64,000 bases of DNA. Source: Lingula anatina (lineage: Eukaryota > Animalia > Brachiopoda). This document shows positions 37,754 through 50,806 of this stretch, piece by piece. Location: positions 16,244,001 to 16,308,000 of the forward strand of contig CM120646.1 of the NCBI GenBank assembly GCA_051362555.1, read 5' to 3'. The notes under the pieces are model-generated. The model searched no databases. It saw nothing but the letters and a program-made list of their open reading frames with translations, and was not told where the DNA came from. Numbering within the stretch: position 1 is the first letter of the stretch; each line of letters opens with the position of its first letter. Position numbers and translations under genes: made by a program.

Positions 37754-40700
37754 AAAGTGAATTGATTGAAAAATTATAGAATTGCAGGAATAGCTCATTA
37801 AAGTCAGAAGTAATAGCTGGGTACTAGTAAATGTTTTACAAGACTTAACAGTTTGATATAATTGGTAGTTTTTTAACCAAATTTTAATATTTAAGAAAAC
37901 GAATTGTTATATTTTTAGTTTTTCAGTTTTTAGACATGGTTTGTGACACAAAATGTAAAAACAAAATTCAACGCTTAAACAGTTAAAAGCAGAAACCTGT
38001 TATCACTGCTTACATCATCTATTTTTCAGGCACTAAATAAACTTTTATCCAAAGAAAAGAAGCCTATACTGGTGATGTTTTATGCACCTTGGTGTGGGTT
38101 CTGTAAAAGATTAAAGCCAGACTATGCTGCTGCTGCCACAGAACTAAAGGGACATTCTGTAAGTGTGTCAGGGTCATTGAGGTTGGTTTGAAGGTCAAGG
38201 TCAAGAACAAGGTTAAGCTCATGGTCAGCTGATGGTTGTTTGACTCCTTAACTGTTTATTTTCACTCAAAGTGAAAATTTAATAAATTTTTGAAAAATTT
38301 CAATAATGTCCTTTTAATTAAAAGTACTAAGAGGAACATGAAGGGTTTCTCATATTATTTGAACATAGAGGTCATTTTTGGCTCCAGCTAAAAACGTCAC
38401 TGTGAGCCTCTGTGCCTATGGTAATATTTCTTAATGGACAGACAAAATGTGTGCATTGGCAACCTTAATGTTTTCATTATATTTATTATATATTTTGGTC
38501 TCTTTTCAGGTGTTAGTTGGAATGGATGTTGATAAACCAGAAATGATGCCAGTGAGACAAGAGTACAATATCACTGGATTTCCTACCATTGTTTACTTTG
38601 AGTAAGTTAAAGAGAACATATGGCTTAGATTGTGATTTAAAATATTTACTGGACTTACAAAAATTATAACAAGGACAAGGCCAGGCCCCATCACAATGGA
38701 TTCTGCTGGTCACTGGTGTATCATATTCTATAACAAGATGGTGCTGACATGAGGATGCAAAATCATCTTCATTATAAATTTTGTTAGTCCAATAAAAAAT
38801 TAAAAAGGGAAATATATCTTTTATATTCATGTCTAAAAGTAATCAGAAAGTTATCACTCAAATAGATTGAGACATAAGAAAAGTACATTTCCAGTTGAAT
38901 CTTTGTTTTAATGATCTGATATTGGAATCAGCCAGATAGTTTTGTATGGTCATAGTATAACGAACATTTATGGTCATCACTGGTATCTCTGAAATTGATA
39001 TTTTTATGGCATTCCTCTCTCTCTATCAGGAATGGTAAGAAGAAATACAATTATGGCGGACAAAACAACAAAGAAGGAATAATTAGTTGGATGAAAAAGT
39101 AAGAACTTCCACACTAATTCAGTAACTCATGAACGGAACAAATTCTAGCTGAATCAATTACATTTTAAGAAGAATAATAAATACACATAATACCTCATTT
39201 TGTAAGCCTTTTAACAAAGAAGCTATTGTCACTGGGAAATTGAATTGCAGTGTGTGTCTATAGTTCATAAAAATGCTCTCAGACCATCAATCCAAAAATT
39301 TACAAATTCAGCTATCCAGATTTAGCAGTCTTAGTTAACACCAATTATCTAAATTTTTATAGCAGTGAATACAATGTAGAAAGTTGTATTAAAGTGGTCT
39401 AATTCTTTAGCCCAGAGCCACCAAAGGAACCAGAGAAGGAAGCTGAGTGGGCAGATGAGGAGACAGAGGTGGTGCACTTACAGGATAGTAACTTTGATGA
39501 ATACATGAAGGAGCACCCCTCTGTCCTGGTCATGTTTTATGCTCCCTGTAAGTAATTGGACCCTGTCTCCCAAGGCTTTTATTGTGTACAATACATGAAG
39601 GCACCCTGATTCTGAAGGTGTTAATTCATTTAACATCAGCTGTATTGATGTGTCTTGACATATTTTCACAATTTATACACTTTAAGATCATGTATAGGGC
39701 ACTAATTGAATTTTTCTGTATGCTGGTACACGGTCCTCATTGTTTGCAGCTCTACTATTTCTCAGCTGTTCATTTATGATGCCATTTTGTATGCATAATT
39801 TCACCAATGGAAATTTCTATCAGTTGATTAATTCAATTAAAAATACTTACTATGAAGAATATTGATTAAGACTAAATTGTTCTCCCAGGGTGTGGTCACT
39901 GCAAGAAGATGAAACCAGAGTATGTCCAAGCTGCAGCTCAGCTGAAGGAAGAAGGGGTGAGGAACCACTCAGTCTGCTAATATCTGACCTTGGTGTTGTA
40001 GTTTTGTAAAACATTCCTTAAATTGATCTCTGTTTGCCTGTTAGAAATATTCTGTGTTAAAGTTGTTTCATTTGTTTCTTTCTTTTGAGCTCATCTTTTT
40101 CAATTAGGTTTTATACATGGTTTCGGTTGCCTACTTCTGTGCTTTTGCAAGATTCTTGTAAACATTTTTCCACAGATATGCATTTCCTTGTTTGAAAACA
40201 CTTTCTTCATGAAGTGAATAAAGAAATATATTGACTGTTTAATTAACTTTATTGTTTGTGATCCATGTTTGAATTTATGCCCTAGGTTGAGGGTATATTG
40301 GCTGCAGTTGATGCCACAAAGGAACGAAAAGCTGCAGAGACATTAAAAGTACAAGGTTTCCCAACAGTCAAATATTTCAAGTGAGTGGTAGCAGGCTGTG
40401 GACTGTTTTCTTTCTTTTTTTTTTTTCTTATCAGTTTGTTGTCAATTTGTAGTCATGTCAGGGACTTCACAGTGCCTATTTTCTATGAATATATTTGAAT
40501 TATTACTGTTCTTTTACTACTTTCGTGTACAAATGCATATTGTGGAGGTCAGTTCCACAGTTGTCAGTTAAACTTATCTTATATAAAATATATATCTAGT
40601 TCTCATATATTCTGTGTTTTGGAAAAAATTGCTTCCAGTGTAACCAAGCATTAATGATGATAGTTTGATCTTAAGTAAATAGTCTTGGAAATTAGAAATG

Positions 40701-43700
40701 ACAGCAAGTAAATTTTTAAGATATTTTTATTATTATACTGTGAGGGATCACCCCTTATCAAAGCACTGTATTCAAAATGATTTCTGCACATTTAAAACAT
40801 CTTGAATTTCAGAGATGGGGAATATGCCTTTGATTTTAATGAAAGAACAGCTGACAAATTGGTGGAATTTATGAAAGAGTAAGTGATACTGAACATCACT
40901 GTACTGAACTACTAGTCGTTATTTTTATCAGTTATTTATAAGAAAACTAGAGTTAAACACTACTGACCTAGACAAAACTTGTCTTTACTGCTACATAAAT
41001 GTTTTACCTTGAAAATTAAAAATGAAACAGCATCTGGTCTTAGCACAAGTTGGACTTAAAATGATGTGAGTCAGATAAGATCATTTATTTTATTTTTACT
41101 GCAGTGATATACTGGTGTAAGATGCATTTATGAATTACAAGGTAAACATTTCACATTGTTGTTATTTATTGATATCATAGTGATACAGTTCATGTGTATT
41201 TGTTCCTCCAGTCCAAAAGAGCCCCCTCCCCCGCCTCCCCCAGAGGCTGAGTGGAGCGAACAAGAGGACATTCATGTCAACTTCCTTACTGAAGAAACCT
41301 TTAAACCGTTCATGAAGAAAAAGAAGCACACGTTGGTGATGTTTTATGCGCCTTGGTGTGGCCATTGTAAAAAAGCCAAACCTCACTACACCAATGCTGC
41401 CGAGATCTACAAGGATGATCCTAAGGCAAGTTGCTTTTCCCGGGTTATACCTTGTATACAAGTAGATTTTAAATTACTTAAATAATGAACTAGATAAAGA
41501 AGGACTGAAGATGCAAAACCACATGTCTACCACATGTGCTTTCTAATAAGTATGTCATTGCTTAGAATTAAGTGTCATTTTATGCTTGCCAAGGATGTTG
41601 TTTTTGCCTTAAAGTTTGCTAGTTTGTTATTAGTCAACCTCACTTTAAATGTTTTGGACAGATTTTGATTAAATTGAAAGGATAGGTCAGAAAATGTGGA
41701 CTATACTAAAGGCTAGTCTTATACTGAAACGCTGTACTAAAAAGTCTTTGTTCTTCCAGATTGCCTATGCTGCTGTAGACTGTACTAAGTACCAAAGTTT
41801 GTGCACAGCCAACGATGTCAGTGGTTACCCAACATTTAAGTATTACAACTATGGGAAAAACCCACAGCAGTATCAAGGTGGAAGAGAGGTGAGAGGGACG
41901 TTATTTGAGGGATTCAAGTTGTACACTTTGGAATCAAATACCAGTCTTTTATTTACCTTGAACACAAAGACGCCTTGGCCTAATGTTCAACTCATCATCC
42001 AATTATTTTTGTATGAAAGCATGGGTGAAAGTTTTCAGGATTATGTCCGATTTCAGGAATTTCTAACTGCCCCCTAAAGTTTTGGTACTGGTTTTAATAG
42101 TACAAAGACTTGAATGTTATAATAGAGATCTACTTGACCTAGAGACTAAATAACAATAGAGACCTTGGTCCAAAGATGGTGGATCAAAATGTAGTGTATT
42201 AATCTCATTTTTAGCCTTTGAAGGAAGAAAAGCTCTATATTATGATCTTATTTGGAGATCTTGAATAATATTTTGCATACTGATAAGTATTTATTTAAAG
42301 ACTGTGGAGATTTGTCCGTAGTCCTTGTCGTTCTTTACCGTGATCCATCCAAAAAAGTATAAATAAGAATATTGAAAGTTGTACCATGTACCTTACAAGA
42401 TTAATTATAACAATACAAACGGTGCTTTTTTTCTTTTGAAGGAAGCAGATTTTGTGAACTTTATGAAGGACCCTAACAACCCCGAGGGCAGCACCCCTCC
42501 CCCTCCCCCTCAACAGACCCCAGAGGAGCATTGGGCAAATGTGGCGGGTGCCGAGAACCTGAACCACCTGACCAGTGGGACTTTTGAGGCCTTTGTGAAA
42601 GAGAACCCCTCGGTGCTGGTCATGTTTTATGCACCTTGTAAGTATCGTGGAAAGACTGCAGTAGCAGGGCAGTGGGGATATGATACATATTGTGAAATCT
42701 CTTCTTGACCGTGTTGTATTTGGTGGTAAATATGGGAACTGTAGAAAGATATCACCTGTTTAGGTAACGTGTTGCGAATGTGGGAATGATATAGATTTGT
42801 TTTTCTTCCAGGGTGTGGTCACTGCAAAGCAATGAAGCCAGCATATGGTGAGGCAGCACAGAAACTCAAGGAACAGAATGTGAGTTCATTTTCCCCTGAT
42901 AGAAAGTCATGAGCGAATTTGGATTTTACTGAGATACATATACTGCATTAATGTCAAGCTCTAAGTAATTTGTTTTTAGTTTAGCACCAGAGCTTGACGT
43001 AAACTATTTTTAGCACTTGCACTGTTGGGCAAGCAAGTCTGAAAATCTACATGCCCTACTCAAGGCCAGGCAAGTATGGTTGGTGGATATTTTGAGCCCT
43101 GAGGACATTCATGTTTTACAGGTTTACTTTAGAGCTTGATTTGCATTGTGAAGAAGAAAAAAATAAATAACAAGCCCTATGAAAAAGAGACACACACATA
43201 ATCATATACTTCAGTGACAAGTAATCATCCACAACAGTAACTATATGTTATTTTACTGCAGCCAGTAATGCTTGAAATATTTAAGTATTTTGTTTACTCT
43301 TCCTCATATTCTTCAGATAAATGGAGTCCTGGCAGCAGTTGATGCCACACAGGAGAGAGACCTGACCAACAAGTATAAGGTCACAGGATTCCCCACATGT
43401 AAGTTGTTTAGGCTTAGAAAGAATAAGGTCACAGGATTCCCCACATGTAAGTAGTTTAGGCTTAGAAAGAATAAGGTCACAGGATTCCCCACATGTAAGT
43501 AGTTCAGGTTTAGTGAGAAAGTATAAGGTCACAGGATTCCCCCACATGTAAGTAGTTTAGGCTTAGAAAATATAAGGTCACAGGATTCCCTACATTTAAG
43601 TGTCTTAGTTAAGCCAGTAAGCATAAGGTCACAGGATTCCCTACGTGTAAGTAGAATTGAAGTAGTTTTATTTAAGGTTTTAGAACATAAGTTTTATTGT

Positions 43701-46700
43701 GATTGGAAATGTCAGGTATCCAAAATAAATTATTAGATAACATCTGATAAAGGATTTACAGTTACTTAAGTGTATCAGAACAATCATTATAATCATAGTT
43801 TGAAGTATTGACATTTATTTGTAAGTAAAGGGAACAGATGGGAAAGGTAGTATACCAGGTAAAATGATTTAGAAACACAGAATAGTCATCAAACATAATA
43901 TTATTTGATACGTGGAGGAACAATTTGTTAAAATTAATATCTTTTCTCTTTCTTTTCCTCAACAGTGAAATACTTCAGGTGAGTAGCTTTTTAGATATAT
44001 ATGTAATCTAATAATTGCAATTTTTAAAAATTTTTTGTTGATAAATGACTACTCTCATAGAAATTTAATTCTTTAATTCTTGGACAATTCTGCGGACAAC
44101 TGAAAATTCATTCAACAGCATTAACAATCTTTTCATTTTTATTCTTTTACTGGATTTTGAATTGTTTTCCTCAAAGTAAAGATTTTTTTTTCTGTAATTT
44201 TTAATTCTTCACTATTTGGCATTTTAAGCTTATGATTTTAAACATTTCTATGGAAAGTGATGTTCAGGCACAAGCTTTTTCCCTGGAATAATTTTTTGTG
44301 GATTTCTTTGATTTTATTCAACTTTTCTTCCTGAGACTTTATATGTTACCAGGTTTATTACCACAGTTATGAGTTAACACCACAGATTTTATAAAAATGT
44401 GACTTATGTCTGGATGTTGCTTCCACAACACAGGGACTTTTCTTGTCATTGATCTTAGTGACCGGCAGAAGTCCTTGTGAAGATGGTGGAATAGTTTTTG
44501 TAATTCTAATAAAAGAAAAAAAGGTAACAGTTACAGAGCAAACAAAATGCATTAGTTGAGATGCTATTGTGCTGTTCCTCAGTTGACTGCTGCGATGATC
44601 ATTATACATATTTTTTCCAGAAACGGAGAAGTGGCTTTTGAATACAACAGAGGTAGATCAACAAGTGACCTTGTTTCATTTATGACAAAGTTAGTATTTT
44701 GTGTGCTGTGGTTTTTGTGAAAATTATTTGAAATTAAGAGCAATTACCTTGAATGATCTTTTAATGCATAAATGTAAGGCATTTTGAGAAGTTAATAAGT
44801 GCAATTTATGAAAATAGACAAAATCATTGGGGGATATATTTAAGCTATTAATAGAAATTTCTGTCATCATTGATACATTTTTCAATAGGTCAGTCAACCA
44901 TTCCCATAAATAAAAATAATTCTGTTTTTAAATACTGCCTTTTCATTTAAAAATTTTAATGAATTCCTTGAATGTGACTAATTTAACTGTTTTCTCCCCT
45001 AGCCCAGAAGAAAAGAAACCCGAGCCCCCCAAACCAGAGGCACAGTGGAGCGACACTCCCTCCAACATCAGACATCTGACCCAGGCTACCTTCACGCCCT
45101 CTATATCTGACATGGAGCAGGTGCTCGTCATGTTTTACGCCCCCTGGTGTGGGCACTGCAAGAGAGCCAAGCCAGAGTTTGAGGATGCAGCAAACTCACT
45201 TCAGGGATCCACCACACAGTTCCTGGCTGCTGTGGACTGTACTGCTGCTTCAGGTTTGTACTTTGTCTTCTTGCTGTTTAATCTGAATTAATTGCCCTTG
45301 ATTAATTATATCTGTCCTCCGCACATTGCTTGGTCAATTCACAATGGGACGGACTTTTTGTTTTGTGGTAGTATGCGTGGATTTGATCAGGATATTAGTG
45401 TTTTCTCTCGAGATGTCTCTGAAGAATTAGTGATGTTATACATGTGCATGATTGTAGATATAATTGTTATGTTTGTAATTTAATTAATTTTGGTGGTTCC
45501 AGTGTGTTTTTATTTCTGTAAACGTTCTTAATCTAAAAAGTTTCTAAAATTTGAAGGTTTCAATTTGTGCTGTTTCATATGTCATACCTGTATGTTCAAA
45601 TGATTTACACCATAAATTTTTAATTTGATAAAAAAAAAAGATTTGCGCTTAAATGCCTATTAAAAATTTTTTTGTTCATTCAAGGTTCATTTATGATCAT
45701 GTCATTATATTCTTTCTATGATGCACTGGTTATATGTAGTCTAACAAGCATTAAACATTTTTATTTATTGTACCACCAGCGTTAGCGCTGGCGGTACACA
45801 TGGTTTCGGTCCCGTCCGGATCGTTCCGCCGGCTCCGTTGGCTCCGCCGGCTCCGCCGGACGGCTACCGTTACCGCTTCTCCTCCTAGACGGTAAGGGCC
45901 CCCGTACCCATCTCATGGATTTAGGTCACCTATAATCTCAACTCGTTCCACGTAAAATTTGGGCTTTGTCGGTATTGGGGTCTGGGTGTGGCACTCATTG
46001 CAATGCACCCTTGTCTAAAAATGGCAAAATTAAATGCTAATTATCTACCCTACGGAAGGAGTTATGGGAAAAATTTCTATAGACGGCTTTCCAAAAGTCA
46101 TATGTGTAGATTTCAAATATACCCTTGGATTTGACCTTTGACCTCTACCTCAAGGTCAAATGGGCCAAAATTTTCAAAAAAATGAAATTTTTTACGAAAA
46201 AATTATTTTTTGCCCTGTTATTCAGACACCACACAGACTTAACCAATAATATTATTGGAAAGTGTTACCCTTCAGGTCATCTTTCATCTCCATGAATTTG
46301 GGGTCAATCGGTGCATTTTCACGGGAGTAGCGGCCATAAGATACCGAAACTGAAAACTGTCTCTAATTCGGGAACCGTTAATGCTAGAGACCCATTCTTT
46401 TTTGCATTTTGTAGAGCATGTAAAGCCCAACACTGGAGGTGGTCTCGGTTTTTTTGTATTCCATACGGTTTTCGAGTTACGCTGCATCAAAAAGTACATA
46501 TTGGTGGTAAAAGCAAAATGTGCAGTACGGTAATGGATAATAAATTTTGAACTCTGGAAAAATAAAACATAAGGCTTGGCAAAGCAGACAACTTGTGTTC
46601 AAAAATGACATTATTTTATCAAATTTGAACTTCTGAAACTTCAGAGCACCTCCTATTTCAAGAATTTTGACCAAAATGACATTTTCTTTATTTTAATTAA

Positions 46701-47072
46701 TTTTTTCTGTACGAAATTTAAGGCACATTATGGTAACTCCAAAATTATAACATCTAGTTTTTCTTCTTTTTTGTGTCATTTGTAGAACTGTGCTCTAAGG
46801 AGGGGGTCACTGGATACCCAACATTCCGCTACTATTCCAGAGGAGAGTTTGTCAAGAAGTACCAAGGGGGTAGATCCAAACAGGACTTTACTGATTTCTT
46901 AAATAGTGAGAAATCAACGGCATCAGATGCAAGCAAACAAGAACAACAAAAGCAGGAGCCTCCAAAGAAAGAAGAAAAGAAACCAGATCCACAGGAAGGT
47001 GATAAAAAACAGGAACCACCTAAAAAAGAAGCTCCAAAGCAAGAGAAAAAACCTAAGAAAGAAGAGCTATAA
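35270..47072 (+). CDS. PDIA5: Protein disulfide-isomerase A5 (PDIR)-like, ~22 coding exons, five CxxC thioredoxin domains, C-terminal KEEL
   Basis: Signal peptide [15 protein letters not shown] (35270-35314) and PDIA5-type N-domain [15 protein letters not shown]. Active sites: WCGFC (~38090) and WCGHC (39547/39889 split, ~41355, 42637/42812 split, ~45145). Lys/Glu-rich tail ends KEEL. Confidence 0.92.
37683..37751. repeat. (GA)n microsatellite
   Basis: Directly visible. Confidence 0.95.
43374..43652 (+). repeat. 48-52-bp minisatellite (6 copies) made of a PDIA5 exon end plus its 5' splice site
   Basis: TAAGGTCACAGGATTCCC at 43376, 43424, 43472, 43524, 43573 and 43624; five copies are followed by GTAAGT. 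Confidence 0.9.
45765..46523 (+). mobile_element. Second Helentron-type (HINE-like) family in the last PDIA5 intron
   Basis: 5' TTATTGTACCACCAGCG-TTAG-CGCTGGCGGTACA hairpin, GCTCCG/CCGG microsatellite-like tract, TGACCTTTGACC/GGTCAAA motifs, degenerate 3' subTIR TGGTGGTA. Confidence 0.6.
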
Positions 47073-48733
47073 CAAAAAGCCTGCATGAACTGTTCGTGTT
47101 TTCAGCTCAGTTTATTATAGCTAAAGTTACTGCTTTGCCTATCAAGTCAGGCAAATACAAATGCAAGATTCTATTCATAGTGAAGAAACTCTATTAGATC
47201 AGTTCTACTGGCTCAGTGGCTGAGTTAACTGCCTTACTGCACCACAAAGCATGTGGAAACAATAAATGTAACACTCTAGTCAATTATTTCATAAGTTTTA
47301 TTTTTGGTAAATTGGTTCTGCAAGTATCCTTTTTTTTTTTTTTTAGGGGGGGGGGGGGGGGGGCGGCGTTGGTTGTGTAGTATGTTTTCTGCTTTGCAAC
47401 CAAGAAGGTAATATTAGCGCAGCAGATGAAATTCATATTGGCATAAGAAAGGCGTTCTACATGTGCTTTCATTAAAACACTGATTGATTGCCTGGCTCTT
47501 CCTAAATCAATCTACAGTATTAAGTCAATTGCAAAGTGTATCTGATCAGGAAGAGATTTTGAATTTCAATAACAAATAATATGGCTACTCTCTTTCAATT
47601 ACGTTTAATGAGCTTATAAGTACTACCATAATAGCTTGAACAGGATTAGTTTTCAGGAGACATGCAACCTGAGACATAAAGTCATTGGAGCATCGTACTT
47701 GTAGGTTAATGCTTTTCCATCAGTTCTTATCTTGCTTGGTTAGACTAATTACTACAGTATTAATAGTGAGATTAAATGTTTAGATACATACTTAAATCAG
47801 AGACGTACAGTGAAGTTATTTTCATGTAACAAGAATGTAAGAAACTGTTATAGCTAACTGATTCTTAAGCGTGTTTGCTGGTTAAAAATATTGATCGTAT
47901 TCCAATTGTACATATAAAAAGGTATTTTGCTGTAACTTCATAGTTACCAATTGAACAACCAAAGAGGATGTGTGGTAGCGGAAAAAAGGTGATAACGTTG
48001 CAGTCATGTAGCACTAACGGTCTCTACAGTTGTACAGCACGTGTACGGCAAATGATTTTATAGTTGCCGTTCTCCTGTTCAAATTACCATATATGGGAAA
48101 TTACCATATATATGGCGGAAGTAACACTCTAAACAATTACAGAGAAAGGGGGGCATGGGGCTATAGAAAACCGCTGAATTTGGTTGTTCATATTACATAA
48201 GATTTGAAAAATATGAACCCATGAAACTTGACATACAAGAAGGAAATCTTGCCGAGTTGTGCTAGTGAAAGTTGGCGATTATGTTGATTCAGTGCTGTAA
48301 GGTGTGAGCAGCCGAGAAGGTTACATAAATATTATCAGTGTAGAAATGAAGCAGTTTGTCTTACTCTACATTCCATTTTCGAATGTTATATTTGACTGTA
48401 TTTCAGTTCATTGGCTATAATTGTACCATATTATGTTAAAAGAGCGAAAAAAAGTATTAAGCAATCAGATTGGAAACTTGCAGCAGCACTAACTCTGGGA
48501 AGAAATGGCATTATTTGCAAATAAAGGTAATAGTTTATATAATTTAGCTTATAATGAAAAGCCAGTCTTATTTAAAATAAATTGAGCCAAAGTTCTTATT
48601 TAGAAAATGCCGTGGGCATTTTACGAGCAACAGCAAAACCAACTTACTAAGTAAGCAATAGCCAGTTTCATACGTCATTTAGTTTGTACTGGGAAGTCTT
48701 ATGTACTTATTACGGTTCGCCCATGACTGTTAA

Positions 48734-48874
48734 AGGTCCGCAAAATTTTTTGATCGCTTAAGCTGCTGTTTAGGGCTTGCAATGCGCGTCAGACGTTGTA
48801 TAAACACTGGTGTCGAAATTTCTAGGAAAATGAAACATTTGGCTTTATGAAGGTCCAACTTCCATTGTGTACCT
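48734..48874. mobile_element. Kolobok-like MITE (TTAA TSD, AGG...CCT ends)
   Basis: TTAA|AGGTCCGCAA ... TTGTGTACCT|TTAA. Confidence 0.5.
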
Positions 48875-49500
48875 TTAAGTTGGACCGTAGCTGAGATGTG
48901 ACGGGGGTCACAATCCTGTAGGACAAAATGCTGCAGTCAAGGTAGTTATGTAAAATGACAGTCAATTTATACTTTGGTTATTTACATTTGCGTATTACAC
49001 AGCTGATGAGGAAGGTTGCAATAAGATCACTTTTTGCAGATTTTTACTTAAGAATAGGTCACCATTTTTATGTCTATTCCGGATCATGTTATACTATGCA
49101 ATCAGATGTATAATTATACAAAATAGAATTCGATTTTAAGTTGATGCTTTATATATGGATGCTATTCCTTCTTAGGACGATGATTTACCATTTACATATT
49201 GATAGTTATTATTTACCTACGGTTTCGTGGGGTTAGACAACATACATTCTGACATCTCTGAATAATAAAAATACACATGTAGAATGAACTGTAAAGCGGG
49301 TTGCGTTCATGGTTTGTTGATCCACGGTTGCTGTTTGATTGTTACAGAGAAAAATATTCTATCACAGACCGCTGGTTTGAGTGCTTGGTTTGTAAAGATA
49401 ACAGTATGAAGGACTCGGAGACAATATTTTCTTAATTTTAATTTAAGAAAATATAGTTTTGAGAGTGATAAACATTTAAATTGAATATGCCAAGGCTTAA

Positions 49501-49795
49501 AGGAATAATAACTCTTCGTATGAGATCTATATTACACAATAAAACATTGTAAACAACTCAATATCACCCAATATCTGAGCTTGTCATCGGACCACGTGAC
49601 CTCCACAGATGGCTATACTCTAATAATCTCTTAAGAGATAATAACAAAAAATAAAAAATAAAAATACTTAGAAAAAAACCAGGGACTAACTCTGAATGTA
49701 GAAATAGATTCAATAACCATTGGTAAGTATGGCAAAACTGTTGTGTACTCCAGGAAAATGAATTTTTTTGGCCAAAACGAACAGCTATTATCCCT
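49501..49795. mobile_element. Kolobok-like MITE (TTAA TSD)
   Basis: TTAA|AGGAATAATAAC ... GCTATTATCCCT|TTAA. Confidence 0.65.
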
Positions 49796-50096
49796 TTAAA
49801 CGTTTTTGTATGGAAACGCAAAACACTTATAATTCAGTGTCACGCTTGGAGACTTGTGACATGCGAAACACGGTAATGATTTTTGGTAATTCAAGAAAGT
49901 GGTCTGAAAAAGTCAGTAGTTACAACGTTTGGGGTGAATGAATGAATTAATAAGGGGGGTTTTACCTCAGCCAACAAGAGATAAGTTTGATGGAGAATAC
50001 CGATTATTGTTATTATGGTTTACCCTTAGCAGTGCTTGCTTAGGCCGTAATTGGACGTCCAAGATGCAGTTCTTTTCACGGATTCCTCGTCAACTA

Positions 50097-50493
50097 AAGC
50101 CCAAATTACATATGCCTTGTGATGTCCGTACGGCGCTCGTATTCTGTCCGTAATTCCCTCTTCGTGCGGCGTTTGTACGGAGGCAGGCAGTGACCTTGCG
50201 AAATCGTACGAAATCGCACGGTCTCCGAAGCCTGTGCGCCTTTGGCAAGCTAAAACTTTTGACGAATTTTAAAGATCTTGAGGTTGTAGCATTATCGTAG
50301 ATGGCGTTGCATAGTTTTCAAGTCCGGGCGTTGTTCGGTGAACTTGGGTTGGTCGTGATTATGGTTGATCTTTTCCCCTTCCACCTTTGGCGAGTTTAAG
50401 AGGCATAAAATTTGTCAGGATTAAACTAAGAACTCTTGGAATAGGGGCATTGCGATTAAAAACGCGCGTCCGTGGCAAATATAACCTAGGCCC
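50097..50493. mobile_element. Degenerate CpG-rich Harbinger-like non-autonomous element
   Basis: Imperfect TIRs AGCCCAAATTACATATGCC / GGCAAATATAACCTAGGCCC, TAA/TTA flanks, CGTACG-rich interior. Confidence 0.35.
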
Positions 50494-50806
50494 TTAACGT
50501 CGCCACAGTGCCGTTTTTAGTTTGCATAATTTACCTGGTCACTTGAAACGGAGGTAATGCGATCCGATGCCGAAACAAGAAGCCTTTATCTATTGAAGGC
50601 ATCCTGTTTCAGTGGCGGTGGTTGTGGCGGTGAGAAATATGACAGTTTGATAACGCAAAATTTTAGGTCGGTGAGTACTGTAGATTAGTGAATAATTTGA
50701 GTTTCTAACATATGTATCTACAGCCGTTCAGTTACACGTACGCGCCTTGCTTAACGCGGGGCGGCCTTGACCTAAAAGAGCCAATAGGCCACAAAATACA
50801 TGCACA

